59,869 nt of DNA from an uncultured Bacilli bacterium (GTDB lineage Bacteria; Bacillota_I; Bacilli_A; RF39; UBA660): NCBI GenBank assembly GCA_910589335.1, contig CAJUTW010000002.1, forward strand, positions 1 through 59,869, read 5' to 3'. Made by a program: the position numbers and the translations under genes. Under the pieces are notes generated by a model. That model ran no database searches and was not told where the DNA came from. It was given only the letters and a program-made list of their open reading frames with translations. Shown here one piece after another: positions 22,745-30,191 of this stretch (position 1 is the stretch's first letter; every line of letters begins with the position of its first letter).

Positions 22745-24121
22745 TTAGCTTTCACTAACATTCCAATATATCTTTAGTGTTTTCCCATCTACAACTATTT
22801 TATCTAGCAGTTGTTCTACGACATTTCTTTTTTCTTTAAATTCCATGCCAGTCCAAACACTTTCTAGATTTTTAATTTTATCATAAGTTGTTGTTGCTCT
22901 TTCTTTTTCTTTTATATTTTCTAGCTCTTTTTTTATATCAGACTTTTCACTTGTTAATTTAGCAAGTTCTTTTTTTATTTCTTCATTTGCTATATTATCT
23001 GAAAGTAACTGAATCAAGTTTTCAATTTTTTTCTGTGTCTTATCCAGTCTTATATTAAGTTCATCAACAAGATTTGTTTTAGATAAATCAAAAGTATCTC
23101 TAAATAATTCTTCATTTAAAGACATAGCAAATAATTGTTCTAAGAAGTTATCCTCAATTTCAAAACTATCAAGTTTTATATTATTACAATTCGGATCTTT
23201 GATTAGTTTTGGTTTACTCTTTTGTTGAGAATAGCAATAACAAATTATTCTTTGCCCCCATTTTTGATAACGGTACTTTGCTCCACAATTACCACAATAT
23301 ATTTTACCTGATAACAAGTAATGACTTGCATGTTGATTCTTGCTTCTTTGTTTTTCTATTGTTTGTAATTGTTTATATTCTTCTTCACTAATTATTGCCT
23401 CATGCTTGCCATCATAAAGTTCACCTTTAAATGGAATCTTCCCTAAATTAGTTTTAGAACTTAATATTCCTTGAATCCACGATTCATCATATCCTGTTAC
23501 TTTAGAAAGTTCATTATAACTGTATCCTTGAAGTCTTAATGTTTTCATTAAATCAAAGATGACTTTTCTTTCACCATTAACAACTAGCATACCTGCTTCT
23601 TTGTCGTAATCATAAGCAAAAGGAGTTTTACCTCCACCTCGCCAATAACCATTTTCAGCTCGCTTTTTAAGACCAATTCTAGTACGCTCTAAAATAGTTT
23701 CTCTTTCTAATTGAGCAAATACTGAAAGAATTCCAATCATTGCCTTACCAAATGGAGTAGTCGTATCAAAACTTTCTCTAACAGAGATAAAACCAACTTC
23801 ATTATTATTAAATACTTCTTCAATTAAATATAAAGTATCCTTTTGACTACGAGATAGTCTATCTAGTTTGAAAACTAAAACCGTATCAATTTTTCCATCT
23901 TCACAGTCTTTTATTAATTTCTGAATTGCAGGTCTTTCTAAGTTCTTACCACTAAATCCTGGATCAGCATATAATTCATAATCAGACCATCCTTGACTTT
24001 TCAAGTAACCTTCTAATGATTCTATTTGAGCTTCTATTGAATACCCATCGACTTGAGCATCTGTTGATACACGAACATAAAGAGCTTTAATTTTTTTTAC
24101 TTCTGCTTTTATATCGTTAAT
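22745..24121 (-). CDS. Large serine recombinase 1
   Basis: Resolvase catalytic domain (ALYVRVSTDAQ, VFKLDRLSRS), recombinase domain, zinc ribbon (CGNCGAKYRYQKW..C) and a coiled-coil tail. The ORF-track TTG start at 24004 would delete the catalytic serine. ATT 24121-24119 sits 7 nt after GGAGG, with no ATG/GTG/TTG in frame back to the TAA at 24190. Confidence 0.85.
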   Translation of the reverse strand: MNDIKAEVKKIKALYVRVSTDAQVDGYSIEAQIESLEGYLKSQGWSDYELYADPGFSGKNLERPAIQKLIKDCEDGKIDTVLVFKLDRLSRSQKDTLYLIEEVFNNNEVGFISVRESFDTTTPFGKAMIGILSVFAQLERETILERTRIGLKKRAENGYWRGGGKTPFAYDYDKEAGMLVVNGERKVIFDLMKTLRLQGYSYNELSKVTGYDESWIQGILSSKTNLGKIPFKGELYDGKHEAIISEEEYKQLQTIEKQRSKNQHASHYLLSGKIYCGNCGAKYRYQKWGQRIICYCYSQQKSKPKLIKDPNCNNIKLDSFEIEDNFLEQLFAMSLNEELFRDTFDLSKTNLVDELNIRLDKTQKKIENLIQLLSDNIANEEIKKELAKLTSEKSDIKKELENIKEKERATTTYDKIKNLESVWTGMEFKEKRNVVEQLLDKIVVDGKTLKIYWNVSES

Positions 24122-24217
24122 ATTTTTTCCTCCTTCTTTTATAAAAGCATTTTTTGTAAAAAAACTTGCAACTACATAATACCATTTTTATACAAAAAAT
24201 GAAATACTTATAGATTA

Positions 24218-24334
24218 TTACACTTCTTTTAGATACTTCTTTAGTAATGTATATATTAATGCCTGATTTAAAATTATTTTTTTAGGTTCAATTTTATTTT
24301 CATTCTTATCATAATTCTCAACAGTTAAATGCAT
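24218..24334 (-). CDS. 38-aa conserved small protein upstream of recombinase 1 (candidate directionality/accessory factor)
   Basis: ATG 24334 lies 8 nt after GAGGGAG. Product MHLTVENYDKNENKIEPKKIILNQALIYTLLKKYLKEV is clearly homologous to the 39-aa ORF at 33201-33320. Confidence 0.55.
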   Translation of the reverse strand: MHLTVENYDKNENKIEPKKIILNQALIYTLLKKYLKEV

Positions 24335-24395
24335 ATAAACAGCTCCCTCTCTAAATTATATTTTTAAGACACAAGACTGATTACATCAAAAAAGA

Positions 24396-24935
24396 CTAAT
24401 TAGAAATTCTACTTTCTAACGAGTCTTTATAGTTTTCTAAATACTCAATATACTTTGTTCTAAAATACTTCTCATTTAACCATTTAACACCAATAGCAGA
24501 AACATAGACTTTTCCATACTTAATATATTTAAGTGGATAAGGAAAATGTTTCTGCATTCCATTTGTTGCTACACCTATAGCATTTTTGGTTTTATTAAAA
24601 TGAGTTCTTAAATATTTTAATGGTAGGTCACAATACTCTAGTTTTTCATGAGGAATTTTCAAATAGTCTTCTAGCACTTCAATATACCTTTCAAGAAAAT
24701 TAATTTTTAAATCTTTTGAATTACCTTCTTTGAATTCTACTTCTATAAACCAAATTAGACATTCTACGGATACAGAAGTAATAGTAGATCCGTCTACTGT
24801 TGACTTTCGATAACAAAACGCACTCCACCATTTAGAACGCCTTTTTATTTTTTTCAAAATTTCAAAATGTTCTTGATATGAAAATGAAAGTTTCTTACAA
24901 AGAAACCAATAAGGATCAACATACAATTTTCCTAT
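24396..24935 (-). CDS. Hypothetical protein
   Basis: 176-aa ORF from TTG 24926. That TTG is 16 nt from the only SD (GGAGG 24947-24943), whereas in-frame ATA 24935-24933 is 7 nt from it. No recognisable domain. Confidence 0.55.
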   Translation of the reverse strand: MGKLYVDPYWFLCKKLSFSYQEHFEILKKIKRRSKWWSAFCYRKSTVDGSTITSVSVECLIWFIEVEFKEGNSKDLKINFLERYIEVLEDYLKIPHEKLEYCDLPLKYLRTHFNKTKNAIGVATNGMQKHFPYPLKYIKYGKVYVSAIGVKWLNEKYFRTKYIEYLENYKDSLESRISN

Positions 24936-25008
24936 AAAAACACCTCCTTTTCTTTAAAATTTTTGGTTACTGAAATTGTGATTTTTTACTACTTAAACTA
25001 TCAAGCAT

Positions 25009-25048
25009 GGTGTCTACACACCCAATACTCGTTAGGGCATATCCCTAA
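25009..25048. other. GC-richer double-hairpin element in the leader of the 24396-24935 gene
   Basis: GGTGT-ctac-ACACC (25009-25022) and TTAGGG-catat-CCCTAA (25032-25048), within a stretch that looks markedly more G+C-rich than its surroundings by eye. Confidence 0.4.
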
Positions 25049-25216
25049 GACCCTCAATTAGTCTCCGACAGTTTAGAGATTTTTTCAAAATCAATTATTA
25101 AATCTTCAAAATATAACCAATATTATTACTAATTTTTACGAAAATCTTTTCTTATAACTTCATGTTTTATTTATAAAATTCACGCCTTTCTTTTTAAAAA
25201 CATAAAAAAGGACATG

Positions 25217-25242
25217 AAAAAAGAGAGACAATATATCTCTCT
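25217..25242 (-). terminator. Rho-independent terminator T1 in the ORF-free region
   Basis: Minus strand: AGAGAGA-7 nt-TCTCTCT followed by TTTTTTC. Confidence 0.5.
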
Positions 25243-25370
25243 AAAATCCAATTTTATATTTTTAATCATTTATATCAGTTCATATTGAACTAGATATTAA
25301 AATAATTATATAGTCAACATAGAGGACTTAAGTAAAAATACATTTCCAAAAACACTCATTTTTACCAAAG

Positions 25371-25397
25371 AAAAAACCTACGAAATTGTAAGTTTTT
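25371..25397 (-). terminator. Candidate terminator T2
   Basis: Minus strand: AAAAACTTAC-aatttc-GTAGGTTTTT followed by a T-run. There is one mismatch and the stem is A/T-rich. Confidence 0.35.
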
Positions 25398-25416
25398 ATA
25401 TCATCTTCTAATTGTC

Positions 25417-25436
25417 CTATATTACCATAATAGCAC
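25417..25436. repeat. Copy 1 of a duplicated 20-mer CTATATTACCATAATAGCAC
   Basis: 19/20 identical to 25632-25651. Looser similarity continues for ~70 more nt (..AATACT..CCCTT(T)AT..). Confidence 0.7.
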
Positions 25437-25455
25437 ATTTTTTTAGGACATGCAA
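25427..25455 (-). promoter_or_regulatory. Candidate sigma-A promoter P1 (extended -10)
   Basis: Minus strand: TTGCAT (25455-25450), 17 nt, TGcTATTAT (25435-25427). It fires toward T2, giving a ~50-nt transcript. Confidence 0.45.
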
Positions 25456-25582
25456 TGGCACGCTTTTAAAAAAACTAATACTAAAATGGTATCAATCCCT
25501 TATAAACAAAGGGAAAAAATAGATAAAAAAATTTTTATATAAATCAATTTTTATATAAAACTGCACTAAATGATTTATACAT

Positions 25583-25618
25583 TATAAAAGAGAGAAATCT
25601 AGTTAAATTTTTCTCTCT
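25583..25618 (-). terminator. Rho-independent terminator T3
   Basis: Minus strand: AGAGAGAAA-12 nt-TTTCTCTCT followed by TTTTAT. Confidence 0.5.
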
Positions 25619-25631
25619 CATTATAATTTAT

Positions 25632-25651
25632 CTATATTACCATAATAACAC
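25632..25651. repeat. Copy 2 of the duplicated 20-mer CTATATTACCATAATAACAC
   Basis: See copy 1. Like copy 1, it overlaps a -10-like element on the minus strand. Confidence 0.7.
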
Positions 25652-25670
25652 GTTTTAAGTGGAAGGTAAA
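25642..25670 (-). promoter_or_regulatory. Candidate sigma-A promoter P2 (extended -10)
   Basis: Minus strand: TTTACC (25670-25665), 17 nt, TGtTATTAT. It fires toward T3, giving a ~50-nt transcript. Confidence 0.4.
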
Positions 25671-25820
25671 CGGAAAATTAAAAATTTATAATACTCGTTT
25701 TTCCCTTTATTTATAATGCTTTGCAGAAATTTTTGAAAATTATTTTTTCCATATTTTAAAAAAAACAAAAAAATCGCTATCTAAATATCACATAAAACAT
25801 TTTTTTACTCTACAATTATT

Positions 25821-26249
25821 TTAGTCTATTTTCCATAATTGGAATTTTCCTGTAATTTCATTTACATCATCTGTATTTCCGTAGATAATAGCTCCTAGAT
25901 ACTCTAATTGTTCATTTTCTTTATTACTAATTGAAGCAACAAGTTCATCATCTGTTCTTGTATCTAGCATATCTTTAGGATAATCTGCAACTAATAAATT
26001 TGGATTAGCTTTTGCTTTATCTATTGCTGTTCTTAATTTTCCAGCTTTTACTTTAGTTACTATAAATGGAAATTGACTTATCCCTAAATGATTTATATTT
26101 GATTTATCAGTAATAATAGGTTTCCCCATAATTTCACTATCTGAATATTTTCCTATAGCAATTGCAAGATGACCAATAACATTAAGTGCAATTGATGCAT
26201 CTACATTGGTAGCTATAATACCAACAATTTTTTTATCTTCATAATTCAT
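25821..26249 (-). CDS. DUF2000-family protein
   Basis: 142 aa. The KIVGIIATNVDASIALNVIGHLAIAIG pattern and the size match my memory of DUF2000 (peptidyl-tRNA-hydrolase-like fold). Good SD (AAAGGAGAAA). Confidence 0.5.
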   Translation of the reverse strand: MNYEDKKIVGIIATNVDASIALNVIGHLAIAIGKYSDSEIMGKPIITDKSNINHLGISQFPFIVTKVKAGKLRTAIDKAKANPNLLVADYPKDMLDTRTDDELVASISNKENEQLEYLGAIIYGNTDDVNEITGKFQLWKID

Positions 26250-26297
26250 TATTTCATTTCTCCTTTATTTATATATTTATTTTTTAAACAAAGGAGA

Positions 26298-26369
26298 TTA
26301 AACATTTTCAAGAACTTCTATTTTTGCCCAAAGTTCTGCCCCATGCATTCTTCTAGGGTATCTAAGCAT
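26298..26369 (-). CDS. 23-aa small ORF (MLRYPRRMHGAELWAKIEVLENV), possibly a gene remnant or leader peptide
   Basis: ATG 26369 is preceded by GGAGGTG. Lies between the SDR and DUF2000 genes. No other support. Confidence 0.25.
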   Translation of the reverse strand: MLRYPRRMHGAELWAKIEVLENV

Positions 26370-26462
26370 AATTACACCTCCTAACAATTAAAGTATTTTC
26401 TCATTAAATTGAATAATAATTTACCATAAATTGCTTTAATTTTCAACTGCACAGTAATTATT

Positions 26463-27173
26463 TTAATAGTTTTTTATATGTCTTACTTCAATACTTGGTA
26501 TTGTAATTTCATGAGGCAAATCAAAAACATACTTTACTGTTTTTGCCACATCTTCTGATGTCAAGCCTGTATTCATAACTTCTTTTGGTAATTCATTATT
26601 TGCTCTTACATAAAAGTCCGTTTGAATCAATCCAGGACAAACATCAGTAATTTTAATATTATTTCTTGCCAAATCTTCTTGTATTGCTTTTCTAAACGCA
26701 TTTGTACTTTGCTTTGTAGCATTGTATATAGGAAATGGGGGTTCACATGTAACTCCACTTTGAGAATTAATATTTATAATTTGACCATATCCTTGCTTTT
26801 TCATAATAGGAAATATACTCTTTATCATTGCTATTGTTCCAAAAACATTAGTATCAATTACTTTTTTCACTCTATTTAATTGATTCATTTGATTAAACAC
26901 TGGTTCTTCAAGTTTTGACATATCACCAGAAATCCACATTCCAGCACAATTGATTAAACAATCAACTCTTTTATCATTAATTTGGTTAATAACTCTTTCT
27001 ATTTCCTCATCATTACTTAAATCACATACAAAATACTCTTTGTTTAATTCATTAGCTATTTTTATTAATGATTCCATATCATTATCAACTAATATTAAAT
27101 TTTCATCTTTTAAAGTTTCAGCAATTGCTTTACCTACGCCATTTGCTGCACCTGTAATAATTACATTTTTCAT
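26463..27173 (-). CDS. Short-chain dehydrogenase/reductase (SDR) family oxidoreductase
   Basis: TGAANGVGKA (TGxxxGxG), NCAG, catalytic S..YNATK. Confidence 0.85.
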   Translation of the reverse strand: MKNVIITGAANGVGKAIAETLKDENLILVDNDMESLIKIANELNKEYFVCDLSNDEEIERVINQINDKRVDCLINCAGMWISGDMSKLEEPVFNQMNQLNRVKKVIDTNVFGTIAMIKSIFPIMKKQGYGQIININSQSGVTCEPPFPIYNATKQSTNAFRKAIQEDLARNNIKITDVCPGLIQTDFYVRANNELPKEVMNTGLTSEDVAKTVKYVFDLPHEITIPSIEVRHIKNY

Positions 27174-27189
27174 AAATTTTTATCCTTTC

Positions 27190-27540
27190 TTAATTGTATT
27201 TTTTATATTCGTGAACTTCATTTTCATCAAATGGATTTGATTGTATTTCTAACATTCTCAAGTTACCTTTATAACTATATTTTTGTTTCGGTAATATTTC
27301 AATCAAATCATTTTTTACTACAGAAATAAAATCATTTTCTATTTCAAATTCACCGTTTCCATCTATAATATAATAGAATATTGTACTTTTATCTAGCATA
27401 CAATAATTATCTCTTTCTTCCGCTACATCAACAAAGCAAATACTCACTTCATCACTATCTATTTTAGGTAATATTACATTAAATCCATTTTTTGAAAAAT
27501 CATAATTCTTATTTAAATTTTTTATATATTTTTCTCTCAT
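27190..27540 (-). CDS. Cupin-domain protein
   Basis: 116 aa. The beta-rich pattern (FYYIIDGNGEFEIEND..) and the size fit a single cupin barrel. Tightly linked to the SDR gene. Confidence 0.5.
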   Translation of the reverse strand: MREKYIKNLNKNYDFSKNGFNVILPKIDSDEVSICFVDVAEERDNYCMLDKSTIFYYIIDGNGEFEIENDFISVVKNDLIEILPKQKYSYKGNLRMLEIQSNPFDENEVHEYKKYN

Positions 27541-27620
27541 ATAATCACCTCATAATTTTGTTTATCTTATCATTTAATTAACCCTATATCTATTAATAAA
27601 TCTTCTAAATATTTATCTTT

Positions 27621-27818
27621 TTATAATATAACAATAGGATAGCTATAATCATTTTGATTTCTACTCCAATTGTCAACTTTTAATACTTCTCCTAAACCTA
27701 ATTCATAGGATATTCCTAAAGAATAGATGTACAATGGATAATCCAGAGCAAATCCAGTATTGGAATTTAAAAGTTCACTTAAATTAAATTGAATAATTTC
27801 CATATAAGATGCTTCCAT
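27621..27818 (-). CDS. 65-aa hypothetical ORF, doubtful or a remnant
   Basis: The ORF is open, but its only SD-like sequence (AAGGA) abuts the ATG with no spacing. Confidence 0.25.
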   Translation of the reverse strand: MEASYMEIIQFNLSELLNSNTGFALDYPLYIYSLGISYELGLGEVLKVDNWSRNQNDYSYPIVIL

Positions 27819-27845
27819 TCCTTAATTCATAAATTCTTAGTTACA

Positions 27846-28856
27846 TTATTCTTGCAAATCAATATTTTTAGTTTCTAATACTAATTCATCAAAATCAGAT
27901 ATATACTTTTGATCTTGCACTACACGATATTTTTCATATTCATCTAGTGCCAGCTTATCTGCGATTTCTCTTTTTATTTTTCCATTATCTTTTAAAATGT
28001 TATATTCATTTAAATTTAGAAACATTTCTAATTTTTCTTTCCATTCTTGCATGGAAATGATATGACCTAATTTAACTTGCCTTTCAGCAAAATCTAGATA
28101 CATTGATACTAAATTATTAAGTTCTTTTATTTCTTCTTCTGATAGATAATTTTTAGCAATTACAACATCTGTTTCAAGTATTTTACCATCAGGGGCATTC
28201 TTCCAAGTTTGAAGTCCCATGTAGTCCTTTTTTGAATCAACTCTATTATATATAATTTCTGGTGCTGTCATTCCTGTGATAGCGAAGTGTAATTTATTTT
28301 GCACATTTTTATAGAACTCTTTTGTTGTTTCACTGTTTTTATCATAATCATAACTACACTCTTTATAAATATCTGTAATCTTTTGATAAAACCTTCTTTC
28401 ACTAGCACGAATTTCTTTGATTTTAATTAATAATTCATCAAAATAATCTTTACCAAATTTAGGGCCATTTTTTAATAACTCAGTATTTAAAACAAAACCT
28501 TTTTTGATATATTCTTTTAAAGTATTCGTTGCCCATATTCTAAAGTCTGTAGCTTCTTTTGAGTTAACACGGTATCCTATAGCAATTATGGCATCTAAAC
28601 TATAGAAGTTTGTATTATAATCTTTTCCATCTGAGGCAGTTATTCGAATTTTTCGAATAACTGATTTCTCACTTAATTCATCACTATTAAATATTTCCTT
28701 TAAGTGATAATTAATTGTATTAACTTTAACATTGAAAAGTTCAGCCATTGTTTTTTGAGTTAACCAAAAATCTTCGTTATCATATAAAACTTCAATAGAT
28801 TTATTTGTGTTTTCACTTTGGTATAAAATTAAATCTTTTAATTTATCCAATTTCAT
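27846..28856 (-). CDS. RhuM-family protein
   Basis: N-terminal FWLTQKTMAELFNV..TINYHLKEIF and DGKDYNTNFYSLDAIIAIGYRVNSKEATDFRIWATNTLKEY are the hallmark RhuM block as I remember it. Confidence 0.72.
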   Translation of the reverse strand: MKLDKLKDLILYQSENTNKSIEVLYDNEDFWLTQKTMAELFNVKVNTINYHLKEIFNSDELSEKSVIRKIRITASDGKDYNTNFYSLDAIIAIGYRVNSKEATDFRIWATNTLKEYIKKGFVLNTELLKNGPKFGKDYFDELLIKIKEIRASERRFYQKITDIYKECSYDYDKNSETTKEFYKNVQNKLHFAITGMTAPEIIYNRVDSKKDYMGLQTWKNAPDGKILETDVVIAKNYLSEEEIKELNNLVSMYLDFAERQVKLGHIISMQEWKEKLEMFLNLNEYNILKDNGKIKREIADKLALDEYEKYRVVQDQKYISDFDELVLETKNIDLQE

Positions 28857-28887
28857 TTAATTACCTCCCTTCAATCTTTAATTTTTA

Positions 28888-30102
28888 TTAAATATTCATT
28901 TCAACATCCATTTGATTAAGAAACTTTTCTAAATTATCTAAAAGTTCATCATAGAGAACTATTTGTATGTGAGCATATGAATAGTTCAAGTCTCTTAATG
29001 CTTTTCGTAATTTCAATTTAACAACATTCTCGGTCATTCCGTTTTTTTGCATATATTTTTCTATATGATCTTTTTTCATTAAATAATCAGTGGAACCTAT
29101 TACTAGCATTCCTGTCGCAGACTCTGCACCCTTAACTAGCTCCCTACTTTCCTGTGCATGAGGCAATAACATTAAATAATTGTTAACTTGTGATATTGCT
29201 GTACTTAATTTAGCTGTTGGAACTATGTTGTCGTGAGACTCATCTACTTTAAAAAGATATTCATCAGATTTTTTTAATTCTACTACATCTAAAAAACCAT
29301 ATCTATTGATAGTTAATAAATCTAAATTGCTATTTGTATTTCTTAATTCAGAATTTAGTGTAAGAGCAGCTTGAGGTATTTGTTGTTCTATAGAGCCAAA
29401 TAAAAGATATGAGCCATACAATTCAAAATATCGTTGCCATGCGTATTCTTTACCAATGTGTTCTCTTTCTATTCCCAATTTCTTTTCTACACCATTTTTT
29501 TTAATTAACAAATCTCTTCCAATTTGAATTATATCTTTTAATCTATCTTTATTAATATCTGTAACATCTTTTAATGATATTTTAATCTTTCCATTTTTAA
29601 TCAAACTAGGAATTAGTTGAGCCACTTTCTGTCTATCTTTGTCTTTTAAAACGCCTGAATCAATTCCATTAGATAAAGTTTTTACAACATTTACTATATC
29701 ATTGGATGAAACTTTTTCTTTTTTATATAAACGTTCTATAACTGTTTTTAATTTTCGAACATCCGTTGCTGGTTTAACGACATCATTTTTAAACGATTCC
29801 ATATAAACAATAACTGTATTTGTTCGTTCATCATATGTCATTTCACCTGTGCCTACCTTGAATAATAATCTTATTTTATTATCTATTTTCTCTTTTAATT
29901 CTTTTACTCCTGTAACATTAAATAATTTAAGTAATTCGTCTTTAAACATAGTTGTAATACTAGTGTTATCTGCATTTTTAAAATAATGCGATCTTTTAAA
30001 TATACTTTCATCTTCTATAACAGGGGTATCTTTAAACAGTACAATTATCTCCCTATTTATTTCTTCATATTCATATACTACTGATTTCTGCTCTACAGCC
30101 AT
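28888..30102 (-). CDS. Shedu-like (DUF4263, PD-(D/E)xK) nuclease with an unassigned N-terminal domain
   Basis: The C-terminal half has NLDLLTINRYGFLDVVELKKSDEYLF (D...ExK) followed by AISQVNNYL, matching the SduA/DUF4263 core. The first ~230 aa are not recognisable. The gap to the RhuM gene is 31 nt. Confidence 0.6.
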   Translation of the reverse strand: MAVEQKSVVYEYEEINREIIVLFKDTPVIEDESIFKRSHYFKNADNTSITTMFKDELLKLFNVTGVKELKEKIDNKIRLLFKVGTGEMTYDERTNTVIVYMESFKNDVVKPATDVRKLKTVIERLYKKEKVSSNDIVNVVKTLSNGIDSGVLKDKDRQKVAQLIPSLIKNGKIKISLKDVTDINKDRLKDIIQIGRDLLIKKNGVEKKLGIEREHIGKEYAWQRYFELYGSYLLFGSIEQQIPQAALTLNSELRNTNSNLDLLTINRYGFLDVVELKKSDEYLFKVDESHDNIVPTAKLSTAISQVNNYLMLLPHAQESRELVKGAESATGMLVIGSTDYLMKKDHIEKYMQKNGMTENVVKLKLRKALRDLNYSYAHIQIVLYDELLDNLEKFLNQMDVEMNI

Positions 30103-30191
30103 ATATTTCCTCCTTCATCTACAACACTAGCAATCCCTTAATAATTCATATACATTATAACATTTTTTTCAGCACATTCATATAACTATTG

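Noticed and set aside
25214-25288. Type I toxin-antitoxin idea. The plus-strand 24-aa ORF MKKERQYISLKSNFIFLIIYISSY, and a second 30-aa ORF at 25449-25541, lie opposite the candidate minus-strand sRNAs.
   Set aside because: In both ORFs the AGGA sits 1 nt from the ATG, so SD spacing is unusable. The hydrophobic stretch is only ~12 residues, too short for a membrane toxin. The second peptide is basic, not hydrophobic.
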